A program made the position numbers and the translations under genes. A stretch of DNA of 61,848 nucleotides, counting the filler, from Platydemus manokwari (Eukaryota): the NCBI GenBank assembly GCA_037951405.1. It is 6 parts of 6 records of this genome, joined end to end, with 100 filler letters (N's around TTAATTAATTAA, not from the genome) between each part and the next. Parts side by side here need not be neighbours in the genome. Positions count along the whole stretch, not along the records: positions 1 to 9,563 come from JBBMOY011231875.1; positions 9,664 to 20,670 come from JBBMOY010985528.1; 4 more parts are not named here. One strand, 5' to 3'. The notes beneath the pieces were generated by a model. The model was given only the letters and a program-made list of their open reading frames with translations, made no database searches and had not been told where the DNA came from. Positions 1 through 14,496 of the stretch are shown in pieces. Numbering within the stretch: position 1 is the first letter of the stretch; every line of letters starts with the position of its first letter.

Positions 1-429
1 CAAATGCCTTTTCTAATATAGAACGAGAAAAAAATACAATTTTTTTATACCCGTTTATTGAATTGAAAATTAAAACAATTAATATAATTTCAATTCCAAG
101 AAAATTAAAGATCACAACAGAAAGAGTTAACACTAACCATCTCAATTATCCCGTAAATTTTTCATTATTAAACTATTTTTCAGCACATGCTACGTTAACT
201 TCTTGAAATTTTCATCAGTGCAGAATTTTTAAATTTTATCAAAAGAATCATTGTTCCAAGATTAAATTTTCTCCAAAGAAAATTAAACTAACTATAAATT
301 GGCTTTCAGTTGCAATAAAAATCATGAAACTTTTCTTATAAAAATGAAATTGTTGATAAAGATTTTTGAAATGTATGATAATTTATTAAAATTCATTAGA
401 TTTCATCACAAATTGTAAAAATAATATTT

Positions 430-3400
430 TCATTGTTTAATACGCCTTTTAATAATTATCGAAGATTCACTTCCAACAATTGAAATTAATAGATTTATCA
501 GTTCACCGACGAGTGTTTCCTGTCGAAAGGCAATTCTAACGTTCGAAAGATTCGATAATGAAACATTGTTTCCTTCTACACCTTCTTCATTATAATTCTC
601 TCCAAGCCAATGTTTTTTCAACTGAGTCAAACAAATCAATGTAAAATTATGATTGGAATATTACTAAATAACTTGATGGGAAAAGCCACTCATCAAAATA
701 CTATTTCTGGCTAATTCACACATATCCGTCGATGTCAATTTCCACACTTGTGCCGCAATACTGTACTCCTCCATCAATGGTTCCTTTGTGAAATGGAATT
801 GCAATGGATCGTCAGTGCTTATTGAAACCTTCAAACCTTTAGCCAAAAATTGAGGCATTGGGTTTCTATGATAATTTAGAAACAGTGAATTATTACTGAG
901 AGGAGACATTGCTATGCCTGTCTTAAAACAAATTAATTCCTTTATTTAATGTAAATTGTAACGAAAAATATTAATACTATAAAAGTAATTAGAATAGCTA
1001 GATGTTAGAATAGATACAACATATGATGATGGTATCATTACCTCAATACGCAAAATTAATGACTGAGTTACTAAAGAAACATAATATTTTTATTAATGTT
1101 TTTTTACAGGTAACGGACTAAGCTATTGGGATAAAGTTAAAAAAGGGTCCTAAAATGATTAAATTTAAAAACTCAAATAATCATATGAAAGTGTTGTGAT
1201 TCGAATAAGAGCTTGGTTTAAAACCATGTTTTATCACTATTAGATATACTAAAAAGTGAGATGTTAACTCAATAATACTAATAAATCAAACATAGCCGTT
1301 ATATATAAAATTAAGTTATAAAATTATTTGATGCGCGAAAATTTATTATAACGAAAGTAGGTCAAAGGACCCTTTTTCTTAACTTAAGCCAACTATTGTA
1401 ATGATAAAGTCATTATGCTAACTATCTACTGGATTTCATTGAAAAAATTACTAAAGATATTAAGAATAAATACAGTGATCTTTTCTAATAAATATTAAGA
1501 TATAAATTCAAATTTCGATGAAGTATACATAAATATAGTGGAATCGATTAATACTTAAAATTTAAAATTTTACATACGAGAAATATCAATATCTTTTTAC
1601 ACTTGACTTTTGATTACTGACTGGTAGTAATTGTAAATGTTATTTATATACGATTGTCTACATTGTTTTACATTAATATAAAAATAATAAAAATAAAAAA
1701 TTATAACTTAAAATAACTCTTATTTATAATAATAAATATTAACTTGATCATTTAACTGCTTTGTACCGTAGTTAGAAGATAGCTTAGTGTTTTAATAAAT
1801 CGATTATAAAAAAATTTGATAAATCAAATTTATTAATAAGAAATTTGAGCCTTATCGCTTTATTCAACATTTTATGCTTAATCAATTGAAATATTTTGTG
1901 GATCAAATTTATAATAAATTACCAAACAATATTTTTAATGTAAGAAATCAAAACATTATTTAAGGAAACGTAGCTACGATCATGGATTTTTAAATAAACA
2001 ATGCATTGATATAATAACAAGTTGATTAACTGTCTTATGCTCAAAATTTGTAACGCAATCACATTAATAAATACAAATTATTCAAAAATACATCATGTAC
2101 CACCTATTAAAAGTCAAAAGTCCACCTGCGGATACTATAGTCGCAAGTTAGTAAGTTCTCCACTATAACTATTCACCAAGTAAATTAACAAATCAGACAT
2201 TATTTTAAACAAAATTTGTTACTACATGACTTTTGAAAGCCGATATGATTTTAATGAATTTCAATATTACATCTAACTATTATTATTATGCTTTAAAATA
2301 TTATCCATAACATGATCTTAATAAATACAGGTAATACCAGTAATGTTGGTGTAAAATTATCGATGGTCAGTATGTTTAAATCGCCCATATCAAACAATTA
2401 TTACAATTACAGAAAAGATTATTGGAAATTTTTTAAAAATATTACATTCAAAATAAATATTATTTATATGAATTTCAATTTATTTAATCATTTAAGAATT
2501 ATTTCATACAGTGCACTGTATAAGTTAATCATGGATTTTCTGTTTTATTGTAAAGTTTCTATCTATGTCTATGGAGTTCTTCTGGGATTACACGAATGTC
2601 TTTCCACTGCCTCGTCTAAAATTATAGTAACAGTAATGATTGTCGGAAGACGTGTGTAGGAGATTAAATTATTGTAAAATAATAAAATTTCTTCATAATT
2701 ACAAATATATCTCTATAATATCTATATAATCTCTTGAATTCCTTTCTAAGTGTTTCAAAGAAATTTGCCGCGTGTCAAAAATAAAAGAGATCATAGAAGA
2801 ATCAACTCGAACAGAATCTTTTGATTCCGTCACTTTTACTTTTATTTTCTCTCCTAACCAAGAATATAAAACAAATAATTAAATCAATTTTACAGATTAT
2901 TGTTGACAAAATAGAATACATCAAAAAGATGATGACAAAATTGAAAATCTAACTTGGCATAAGTAGAATAAATATTGTAAAACTGGTGATTTTCTTAGCA
3001 ATAGACCGTGGTTGATATTTTGGGATAGCATAAAACCGGAAATTAAATGATAAATGGAACCAGCTTCTCCACAATGAGGTCTCAATTTGAATGTGTTCAT
3101 TTGCCTTGCTCTATTATTACTGAGATTTACCAGTATTCAGGAAAATTGTATTACTTTCTTAAGTGATTGAGTTTCATCATATTAATAAATAAATAGTAGA
3201 GATAATAATCATATGGAGGATTATCATTGTTGTTCCATTCATCTGGCTTATTAATATTCTTGTACATAGGCCCCATTTCAACCTTGGATTCATCATCAAC
3301 GGAATCAATCCCAGCAACATCGTTTAAGAAGGAATGAAGTTCTGGATGTAAATTCGGGTTTTTAGTAACCTCGAATAGTGGAATAAAGATATTGCTAAGG

Positions 3401-3835
3401 ACATCCTATTTTTAAAACGTCAAATAAAACAATCATGCGAACAGGTGTACCTGAAAATTTTCAACAAAACCTTTATTTTTAAATACATCATACAATCGAG
3501 GTATTTGAATAATCCAAATATTTTGAGTTGATTTTACATTATTCCTCAATGCCCATTTAGCTAAATCATCCCATTCGTCTCTGGACTTCCCATATATTGA
3601 CAATCTCATTTCCGTATATTGATACTTACTTTCTTCGAGATCTTGTAGAACTTCCTAGATGTGTCTGAAAAATCAAAATTTATCGGTACAATAATTATTA
3701 AACTTTAATTATTCTAGCAAAGAAAATCCCTTCACATAAATTACTGGTTTTGAGGAACACTTCTCTCAGCTCGCCTGCTCCAATTGGATTATATTTCAAA
3801 TTAAACTTGTCAAAACGATGGAATGTATTGCTGTC
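430..3835 (-). CDS. AMPD: AMP deaminase, 3' part (exons ~3835-3704, 3654-3451, 3405-3155, 3110-2954, 921-673, 621-430); 5' exons not identified
   Basis: Spliced translation gives [105 protein letters not shown], all AMPD hallmarks. GT-AG introns of 49, 45, 44, ~2030 and 51 nt. Confidence 0.95.
1129..1390. mobile_element. MITE (family A) in an AMPD intron, ~22-nt TIRs and 8-bp TSD
   Basis: Left end GGATAAAGTTAAAAAAGGGTCC; right end GGACCCTTTTTCTTAACTTAAGCC. Flanks AGCTATTG (1121-1128) and AACTATTG (1391-1398). Related copies at 22976, 24409 and 50108. Confidence 0.8.
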
Positions 3836-4567
3836 CTGCAATCAAAAGAAAACCTTAAGTTGAAAATTAGTTTAACTTAGCCGATATTTTTGTCATTATT
3901 TAATATTATGGAAAAATAGAATGTAAAACATTTAATAAAGATATTATATTCACATTCGTAGCACGAATTATTCAATAATAAATAAAATTTATCATTTTAA
4001 TATAGACATTTGAAAATGATATTAAAAAATGAGATGTAATACATTTTGAGGAAAGGGTTATGCTAACCAAAATTTTATCACAAGAGGCAATCATAAATAA
4101 ATGGTAAGTGCTATTGAATGTGAGTAAAATGACCATATATCCTATAACCATATATCCTAGCCTACTAATTTTTAATTGATAAATTTGAGCTCCTACAAAG
4201 GATTACAAAATCACATCATGGGTAGAAATTTATTGAATTGTTGAAAGCTCAAACAAAATGAAAACAATTTACCAAATATTACTATCATTCTCGTAACTTA
4301 AAATAGTAATTTTCACCGTAATTAAATATGGTGAAATGTTTAGACCAATGAGATAAACATGAGAACATTTACATATAAATAGTTAAAAATCTTTTGTTAT
4401 TTCAATATTTTTCTTTTTAAAATTTTAATTTTACTTAATTTCCACGAAGTCATTTTAAAAATATCCATGAAAAAACAATCCAACGAAATTTCTTACAATT
4501 TCCGAATCAAATTTAATTTGAAAGAATGCCATTCGTACTGGTTATAGATTTAAATATTTTGGATATT

Positions 4568-4594
4568 TGTGTGTGTGTGTGTGCGTCTGTGTGT
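4568..4594. repeat. Imperfect (GT)n microsatellite
   Basis: tgtgtgtgtgtgtgtgcgtctgtgtgt. Confidence 0.8.
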
Positions 4595-5349
4595 CTATGC
4601 AACAAACAAACTTCATTACATCTAAATTAGACAAATTTCGAAAAAATATTTATTCAATCAAAACCTCCGATAAATTATTATTCAATGAATTACTAAGATA
4701 TTATTACCAAGTGATTGTTTATTATAGGAAATTCAATAAAAAATATTTTACAATAGTATATTTAAACAGGAAAAGTATCGTTATCGATTTAATTTCTACA
4801 AATACTAAAATAGCATTTCGATGAACAAGTTAGCAAATGTTAAATTATATTAACAAACATATAGTGGCGTCTAATTGGAAATCAACTTATCGATTCAATA
4901 TCCCTAGATTCTTTTCTATCTCAAAAACAATTGATGAATTATGAGAAAATTATAAGCAAGAAAAATTATTTTGTATTTAAAGAAACCATTGTGTCAAAAT
5001 GTTATTATATTCTTCTAAACGATGTCATTGAATATGGTAACACAGACCAATAGTTATCATTGTCTGGTAATCACAATAATTGATTAGAATTTTATAATGA
5101 AACATTTTCCTCGACTAAAATAATAATTTTTAACTTTTAATTCCTAATGCATTCAATGAGATAATTTATTGGATGAAATAATTTATTAATTTTTGTAATT
5201 ATTTATAATTTTAATTCATTTTCAGCTTGTAATTTCAGTTTGAAAAGGTATTTTGTTTGGATTGAAATACTTTTCAAACTTTAAAAAGTTAAATTTCAAA
5301 CTGATTCTGAAAGCAACTCATTTTTATAAACATTAATAATCGAGATGCC

Positions 5350-7900
5350 CATACATTAAAGTATGATATGCACATGGTTCTTTCTATCGATCGTTAGTTT
5401 AATCATACAATCAACTCCCGCGTGGAACTTCCACTAAGAGATATCTCGCATATATATGCTCGATTTTATGCAAGCAAGAGTTATTTTGTTTATCATTTTC
5501 TTATCCATCCCTAGTTTCTTTAGGACTGTTTGGTAGGTCTGTGTTTGCCAAGCTCCGAGAACTGTTACAACAAAAGTGAACAGTTCTACGGTTCAGTCTT
5601 TCTTTTGATAGCAATTTTGGATGTCTGAGTATTTTTTCGCCCGTAAGGAATTTTACATCTATTACGACGATCGTAGATTTTCGGTCATGTATTTGTTGAA
5701 AATTCACCTTTATTTTAGATTCCGTGAATTGGCACTCTTTCTCTGTATTGTTAACAATTTCCTTGGCAAATATATTCATTATTCTGTCGAGACAACAGAG
5801 TACAAAAGAGTGGGGTGGTTTGCAACAGGTGGAAACATGTGTTTTTCAGTTCAACTTCATATAAATATTTTCTGCATGACATCTCTTTCATTTACCTTTC
5901 TTTCAGTGTGGGAAGGTTGTCTATCCATGGGTTATGAATAAATCTGAATTTAAGAAAGCTAAATACCCTCTAAAAACTACTTTTGACCACATCGTATTAA
6001 TAGCTCCTGAGTAGCTGTTAAAGTCCTCATTTCTGATTTTCTTAGTTAAATTTAATTGGTATGATCACATAAAATATTATCTCAACAGTTAAGGTATATC
6101 ATTGATTTTTTTAGTTCCACTATGACTCTCTTTTCGTATAGGCAACCATTGATTGTACGGATTTTTAAACTTTGAGCATTATGTTAATGTTGATAATAAT
6201 GAAAGAAATCCTGGTATAATTTTTCTTGAAGCTATATTTAATGCTCCCTCTCATTTCATTTCATCATTTGTTTCTCCGTTCATTTTGAAGAGTATGCAAA
6301 TTAACCTATTCAGGTGATTCGTCGATTATTGAATCGATTACTCTAGCATTTTTGCATTAGGAATGTGTGGCCGTAATCCTAATAATATCATGTTTGCTCG
6401 TTAATAAATCGATTGTATTGTATACTCCTACATCATGTTCTGTAGTCCACAACCGACGTTTGACTAGGTTGAGCAAGCATAACTCGATGAACAATACTCC
6501 GGTTTCCCAAGGATTTTTACAAATATTTTCTTATCATCAGGTAGAACTGTAGTTATCCAGTGTAAGTGATATAGTAATTTCTCAGGTAGAAGGCCACTTT
6601 GATGAGCACAAACAACTCAAAACCCTTTGGATTCTGCCTTGACAGCAAAATGTATTTTTCTAATTTATCCACAGAATTTCTTTAGTTGCATTATCTAACT
6701 TTAACGAGAAATTCACTCTTATGTTGAGATAATGCTCTTCTAGACTGATTGTAATTTCTCCGCATTAGTACCTACTTTTTCAGGGTTTGTGTATTGGGTG
6801 GCTAATTTTTCTCTTTATTTGTCTTGGAGTTTAATTTTATGAGTTGAGAGTTGTACGATAGGTTATTGGTGATGCAATCAATGTAACTGCAAATTAATGG
6901 GCCACAGTCCAAGTTATTCTTTTGTAACTGTTATTATTTCTTTTCGTAGAAGTTTGATTTTAAATTTTAGTTTTCCCAAAGTGCGTTTTTGTGCTTGAGT
7001 GTGTTGATTATTCTCTTTGCTTTGGTTTAACCTTCATATGAGAATTTGTCACTATTCAGTGGGGTAAATATGTCTCCTCAAATCGGAAGGCAATTAGTAG
7101 CGTATAATGTTAATTGAAGCTATTATATTTTTGCATAATCCGAGACCCATTGAGTTGATACTCACTTTACTGAGATTGGCTCCGTTTGCAATTATTTCTG
7201 TAACATATCAACTGATGAACAGGAAATCATTTAACTTAACATATGTTGATACATATTTATTAATCTGGTGTCCAGAGAACCATTCGGTATATGACACTGG
7301 GATTCTTTTGTTCTCTCCAGACGATGCTTGTATAGGTTTTTTGATTTAGATACGAGATTCCCTTCTGCAGTTTTCTCGTGTCTTTTACTTTATCATCTGG
7401 AAACCTTTATCACCTACTGTGATGGGATTTGGTTTCTTGTTTGAATTTAAGTTGCGCCTTTTATCTCTTTAACTACGTATTCTTGAGATACATTGCTATA
7501 ATTATCTTTCCAGTAAGCAGATTTCTCAACATCTGCATAAGACGGTCTTGCATTGACATGATATTGTTCATTCTTTATGTGAGAGTATCCATTTATATTT
7601 TCTGTAAGGTAATATGGTAAATGTTTCTCCAAAACTCTAGTCAACCGATTAATTTCACTGCAACTGAGTCGATGATTCTATGATCTCCTATTAGCACTTC
7701 TGCTAAGACTGGGCATTGTAAATCTCGTCAATATTCTGGAGTATTAGTCGTCAGTGTTTACCCACTCAGTTTGCCTTCCATGTCGAATATGTTTAGGTTT
7801 TAATTTCTGTAATCTTTACTACTCTAATTTACTCCATCCAGCTGATGATATTAAATTCACGGTGGATCGCAATTTGAAAGGTTTCTTAAGTAAATTTTTT
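5350..7900 (-). mobile_element. Decayed retroelement-like coding remnant, possibly the pre-RT region of an RLE-type non-LTR element
   Basis: Higher-GC block with broken ORFs on the minus strand (EKECQFTESKIKVNFQ; AGVDCM near 5420 resembling the 'PGxDG' motif before non-LTR RT). No splice structure matching AMPD. Confidence 0.35.
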
Positions 7901-8759
7901 TCTAATTATTAATAGTAATTTCCATGTTTCATTTAATTTAGTTAGATTGTGCAATAACCAGTTACTTAAAATATTTCAAACTTCTCCGTAAGGGACTTGA
8001 TTTAAACAAACATGGTGTAAGCCATTTTATGGCGTATGCATTGAAAACCAGCTGAAAGGTCACGAGACGAAATTTTATTTAAATACAATTATTTAATTCT
8101 TTAATTATTATAAACATAAAAATTTCTTATTTAAAAAATGTTTTAAAATTTTTTTATAAAAATTATTAAATGTGTTTCTCAAAGTTTTTTGTTCAAAGTC
8201 CAATTCAAAATGATGACAAATAATAGAATTAATCTAAGAATCTCTTATGCAATTATCGCAACATTTTTGATATCATATTTCAAATACTTCAGCCGATTAT
8301 TAAAATCCACACCTAATCCATAATTCAATGAAACAAAAATTAACTTAGCAAAAATATTTTTAAACCTCAGGAAATTTTTAAATTCGAGAAGAAATATTGT
8401 AATTCATGCTAATGTCAATTTTGGTAATATATTTATAAACATGGATTGCAAACTGTCAATGATATTTAAATTATCTAAAGATATTTAATATAAATTTTTA
8501 ACTGTATAAGTGGCATTACGTTAAAGTCAAAGTTAGATAATATATATGATATTTGTTTAAATATTCAGAAAATGTACTATTAAGTCGGACTTAACGAATG
8601 TTCCAAGTTAAAAACAGCTCTCAATACAAGGACGGGAGATCAGTTCTTATGAACAATGGCTACAAATATTGAAAACTAGAGTTAACTCAGGTGCTAACCA
8701 AGATAAATACTTTCAAAATTTATAGAAGAACTTCTAGTTTGAAGAAGTTGTGCTGCATA

Positions 8760-9120
8760 ATGACAATGGAAAGAAACGAATTGTTATACCAGAATCATAT
8801 TCGTAAGAATCAACTATATACCACCTTTGAGGAATTATGTAAAATTTAATTGATTATATTTATTATATTCACAAGTGGCCTAACATATCTCGAAACATTG
8901 AACAGGAGTGCGATAATTGTACAAAATTGAAAGTTCGTGTTTTCCGAACAAAAGAAATTGATTTCTTGAGAAGAATTCAGACCTTTCGAACAAATAGTTA
9001 TTGATGTTGCTCATTTTAGAGAGTTTAAAAATAAAATAAAGCATCAATTAGTTATTGTTGATAGAATTAGTAAACTGGGAAGTTTAATTATGCTTACCGA
9101 TCAAGATAAGACCAAGATAT
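8760..9120 (+). mobile_element. Decayed Ty3/Gypsy-like integrase fragment
   Basis: Fragments NGKKRIVIPES, KWPNISRNIEQECDNCTK (Zn-binding WP..CxxC) and RPFEQIVIDVAHF..HQLVIVDRISK (integrase core), interrupted by stops or frameshifts. Confidence 0.75.
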
Positions 9121-9563
9121 CAAATTCAGTTATAAATGGTTGTATTTTATCACCTAAAGAAGGGTCCAATAGTCGAAAGACAATGAAAATAAGTCACAAA
9201 ATTAAGGAATAAAAACCACGAGATTTGGTTCCAACATATTTCACAACAGCCATTTTTTGAAATATTACGGAGACAGAATAAATATTTTAATATGCTGTCT
9301 AACCCAATTTTAAATTACTTGAAAAAGAAGTATTAATAAATTTACTTTTTTACCGAATTTAATGTTTTAAAGTGATTACCTACTTTTACTTATTAAATGT
9401 TCTTTTGCCTTAAACTCACTTTTGAAATATAAATCAAATTTCGATTTTGTTTTGATTCATATTTTTATTTAATTTTGATCATAAATTTTACATATATAGG
9501 ATTGAACAAGCGTTGTATTTACAAATGTATGAAGTTTAAAATCAATAAACTAATAATCATAAT

Positions 9564-9663
9564 NNNNNNNNNNNNNNNNNNNNNNNNNNNNNNNNNNNNN
9601 NNNNNNNTTAATTAATTAANNNNNNNNNNNNNNNNNNNNNNNNNNNNNNNNNNNNNNNNNNNN
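9564..9663. other. Artificial contig linker N44-TTAATTAATTAA-N44
   Basis: Identical 100-nt spacer with stops in all six frames, recurring five times. Confidence 0.97.
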
Positions 9664-10114
9664 GTTTTCAACTACTTGAGTCTCTAGAACTCACACAATA
9701 CATATACCATATTTTTATATTTATTTTTCAAGGTACTCAACGTATAAATAATGTTTTCCCTTTAATATTAAAAATGAATTCAGAAATTTAGTAAAATAAT
9801 TTATAATTAATTTGTTCTCGAAATATTTGCTTCAACACTAGTGAAGTTTTGAAAATTAAGTTTTATCTCTTTGTTTTAGGGAGGCCATTATATTTCTCTT
9901 TATTATTCACCATTTTGAATTATATTAAATCCTATCTAATTTCAAAATCAACTTCCAAAGATATTCTCAGATATTCAAACCAAACAAAAAAAATCAATAA
10001 CAATAAATCTGTTATTAATAATAATAACAATTACTATTCTTAATTATAATTAAAATAAATAAATTTTTATTATAATAAAAATAAAGTTTAAAAGGAAAAA
10101 ATTAAAATAATTAC

Positions 10115-10251
10115 CGGCTATCAAGATTACTGAATGGGAAATATTGAGATTCCAAAATAAAGGAATTGTCAAAAGAATATATAAAATTGTTTTTCGCCAA
10201 TCTTCAATCCACATTAAGCACGTCCAAAAAGAGCCACAACAGCCACTATTT
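10115..10251 (-). CDS. Isolated internal exon of a multi-pass membrane protein, TMEM72/COPI-associated-like
   Basis: Bounded by ttttAG and GTaatt; 137 nt open frame NSGCCGSFWTCLMWIEDWRKTILYILLTIPLFWNLNISHSVILIA(G). Family call is from remembered resemblance only. Confidence 0.55.
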
Positions 10252-11282
10252 CTAAAATATTAAGAAAAGAAAATTAAGAATAATATAACAATTCAGGAAA
10301 ATTATTTTGAACATTTATTTACTCCCAGTTATGAAAAAAATTAATAAAATTTTGAACTATTTCTGCACAGAATTGACAGTTGTTCCTGATGGTTGCTAAC
10401 ACTTCTTTTTATGTTTTTTATGTTGGATTCAAAACTCATAATTCTCAAAGTGCAAAAAATATATTTCATATTACATATTTTCCAAACAAATATTCTTTTA
10501 TTTCCAACCGTCTTTAATAATTCAAATTTAAAAATTATTTTTTAACACATAGAAATTTTTTAAAATTTTAAAAATGATTTTAAAATTTTTGACAGGTTAC
10601 AGTAATTGTTTGAGCAAGAAAATATTAAATATTTTTAATATTATCAATTAAAAATATTTTTTATAATTATTAATCGTTATTTAAATTTTAAACCCCACAG
10701 TTCCGTATATAGATTCTTCATTTAAAATCTTCAGAATGACCATCATGATTGGATATTATCTAGTTTGAGGGGAGATTTCCCTAATTGCACAAATGTTTTA
10801 AAATCATTTTATTTTACTTTCCCCCCGTTTTTATCATTGATATCATTCAATGACCTTTGGCAAATAAACCACAACAAACAATAACATCATTTCAAATAAT
10901 TTGATGATTCTAAATTCCGTGATTGCTAGACTTAAAACCAGAAAAAATCATTCAATTTTATGGTGTAGTAGGCTCATAAATAGAACACCAAAATGATCGC
11001 TAATTCAAGTGAGATGAATAATTGAAGTTCAAAATAACGTTCGTAGACCATCTGTTGAGTTTTCGATTTATATTTAAACTCGATATAAATCAATGAAACA
11101 TGGAATGAAGTCGATTGTTAATTTTTCCTCTCTCATAAGAAAAACGTTTAAAGACCAAAACATTTGTTTTGTTACCTTTTATAATAACTTATTAATTCAC
11201 AAACACACAAAATTAAAAATTTAGTTTCGAAAAATAAAATTTATCCATTTTTTATCAATATAATTGTGCAGACTCAAGAAGG

Positions 11283-11839
11283 TGTGGGGAATAACACAAA
11301 TCAATCAAAGGGTCTCAAGAACCAAGAAAAACCCTAAAAAGGGTCAATACACACAAACCAGATAAGCACACGTGCCGTCAACCAATCAGATTCATTCTAA
11401 TGTCAATCCATATTTAAAAGATAAGAATCGACAGGCACGTACCTACCAAAGGCAACAAACTCAAATATCCGTCAATGATACGAGAGATATAAGGAAAATC
11501 TCAAATAAATCGATCCACAAACAAATTCAGCGAATTGAAAACCAAGATCCATGACATCAAGCAGACACACCTGATGGGTCTCTAAAAGAGGTTGAATTCC
11601 ATGGGTTCTTGCCAGTATTTTTTGGTCGATAACTTTAGTGCTTAGCTTATGTGTGATTTCAGCAGTCAGTCTTTTTGATTACTCTTCGTTCTGTTTTTGA
11701 CTTTCGGCCTATAATCCCTTTTTGAATGATTTTCTTTGTGAATTGCGTAAAGATTTATTGTTGTTATTATTGAGATTTGAGTGTATTATTTTAAATAATA
11801 CAGATTTGTAGATTCAAATTGTTGTTTAATAACCCAACA
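11283..11839 (+). mobile_element. LTR-like repeat, copy 1 (probable solo LTR)
   Basis: TGTGGGG...ACCCAACA termini; colinear over ~550 nt with 14497-15040. Confidence 0.7.
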
Positions 11840-12985
11840 TACGTATCATTGAATCTATAAGTTTTAACTCTTCATTAATAAAGGATTTTCTTTTAAGAAA
11901 CTACTGTCAAATTAGCCAGTAGTTTTTAATAAATTTCTCTCATAAGTCGTGGTCGTTCAAATTTTTTCGTAGTTTGTTCATCAAGTTTGCTTGCGATTTT
12001 GATAGCCATAACTGAAGTGTTTATAGATTTTCTTCGATTAGAATTCGAAAAACGCTTCTATTTTATTGACGAATACTCCAATTATTTCTTCATCTAATTC
12101 ATAAATGTTGCCGAGATTTTATTACTCTTTAATTTTTTTTGATACAAATTACTTCACAATTATTTATATCTCGTACTGTCACTGCGGAGTAGATAACGTA
12201 ACGCGTTCAATCTATTGTCAAGAAATGGGATCACATAATGGAATATAAAATGAATCCAAATTCAAGGTTATTAAAGGATATTTCTATTAAACGATATTGA
12301 ATGATCGCGATTGAAGTATTTTAAATAATTCCTACTTGCTTTTAAGGGATTATCAAATATTTATAGATTTGTGTTTATGCCCATATAATCTGTGCTAGTA
12401 GGGTCCTTATGAGTGCTATTGTTTCATAAAAAATGCATAAAAAACGAATCGAAAAGTCATAACATATAAAAGTAAATTTAATCAAGTTATTTAAACAAAT
12501 TCATGTTTTAAATAAAGATTCTGAATATAAATATTTTATATTTTAATTAATTTATTTCATTTCGCACAAAAATACAAGTCATTTTAGTATACAATTAAAT
12601 ATTTTCTTTATTGGAGAGAAAAACAAACTACAACTACACGAAAAAGGAAATCAATATAAATAAAAAATCACAAAATTATACACTAAACCAAATCAAGATT
12701 GATTTTCTCTGTTCATAAGCTCTATTTTATATTTAATCTCTCAAGACATGCATCGATTTCATCTTGAACATGTTGATTTTAACTGATAACCAGCCATTGA
12801 ACTCAACACATTTCAACCAATTTTAATTCTCATTATTCATCAAATAACTCGAAAACAATTTTTTAAAATTTTACACGCATTATAATTTAATGTGAAAAAT
12901 TCCGGGTTCGTGAAATAATTCAAAAATCTGTCCTTTAATCTGTTATAAAACATTTAATAAACTTATTATCACTACGAGCTAAACA

Positions 12986-12987
<2 letters not shown>

Positions 12988-13057
<70 letters not shown>
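12988..13057. repeat. (AAT)n microsatellite
   Basis: More than 20 perfect AAT units. Confidence 0.95.
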
Positions 13058-13059
<2 letters not shown>

Positions 13060-13734
13060 TATGTTCATTTCTGTATGAGGTTTAACTGATGTTAATTAAG
13101 AAAATAAATGTAGAAAACTAAAGTAAATAAATCATACAAAGCTGTTAAAATAAGATTGAAATCACCATGTTAAATGTAACTATTTTATTCGAATTGGAAA
13201 AAAACTAGGTCACATAACTGAACAAAATAGGAATAAATAAAATTTTCAATTTCAAACTTTTCGACGTTAATTTCTGACTTGTCAGCGCATTAAAGTGAGT
13301 TTATTAATCATATATTCGCACTGTCAGATTTTAATTTCATTCATTCACACGAGGAAAATATAACCTTAAAAATAATACTAACAGTTCTTGGATGATTTAT
13401 GTCGATAAATTTCAAATATTGTTGAATCTACCTGATGTAGAGCTCAACAATATTGGTGATCTTATTAACCAGAAGCCCAAAGCAAATAAATAGATCTCTG
13501 AGCTTTATGTACAAAAGTAAATCTCAAGAGCTGAGCCCTTAAGTAGGTTTGTCACTGTAAATAGGATCCAGTCTTTATACAAAATTGAAAAATCGGTCGA
13601 GGATCTATTTCTGATCTTAATACTACTCTGTTAATAACTATTACCACACGAATAAATATTACTGGTGATCTCAAGTACTATACTATTTTCTACTAACCAT
13701 TATTTGGAAATACTATTATGAATACCCAATAAAC

Positions 13735-14179
13735 CAGTGGTTCTCAACCCCGTGATCGCGACCCCAAATGGGGTAGGCAAGCATTTTTAAAGGGGTCACC
13801 AAATTATGGTAGATGTACAAACCATTACATGTGAAAAATCGTGCTTTATGATGCTGTTAAATAAATAGTTTGTGATGCTGATTAAACTACTTCTGTTCAT
13901 AATTACCTTGACTACTATAGTTAAGTATTTCATAGATAATGTTATTATCTGATAATCTTATTATAGGTAATTCATTACTTGTTGCAAATCAATGAAAAAT
14001 TAAACCAAATGACGACTAAATATCATTTCATTCTATATAGCATGTACCATATATATTAAATATTCTATTAAATATGAGGAGTTATGATTTATTTAAAGTA
14101 ATATTGATTTTCTTTGAGGTCACCAAGATCTTACAAATGGGACAATGGGTCACCATTGAAAACAGGTAGAGAACCGCCG
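13735..14179. mobile_element. hAT (Charlie/MER5-like) MITE
   Basis: Starts CAGTGGTTCTCAACC and ends GGTAGAGAACCGCCG; internal GGTCACC subterminal motifs. Confidence 0.7.
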
Positions 14180-14496
14180 TTCTAATCGAATAATTATTGT
14201 GTGATTTATTTGAAAAAACAATAAATAATTAAAATTTTCATGAGATTGAAATTATATAAATTTGAGTAAAAATATTTTTAAAAAATGATATTAAAAATAA
14301 ATATACACATTGATATTTATAAAATGATATTCCGTAAAAAATTAATGTTAACCTCTTGATTTTAAAAATTAGTACAATTACTAAAAGTACAATTTAAATA
14401 TTTTAAATAAAAAATAAAGGTATAATATAAAAATGTGAGCATTTTTATTGGAATTTAAGAATGACGACGAATCAGATGGAAATAAATTTAAAATAT

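Noticed and set aside
9608-9619. Regularly spaced palindrome TTAATTAATTAA as a biological motif
   Set aside because: Always embedded in N44 flanks; it is a synthetic spacer.
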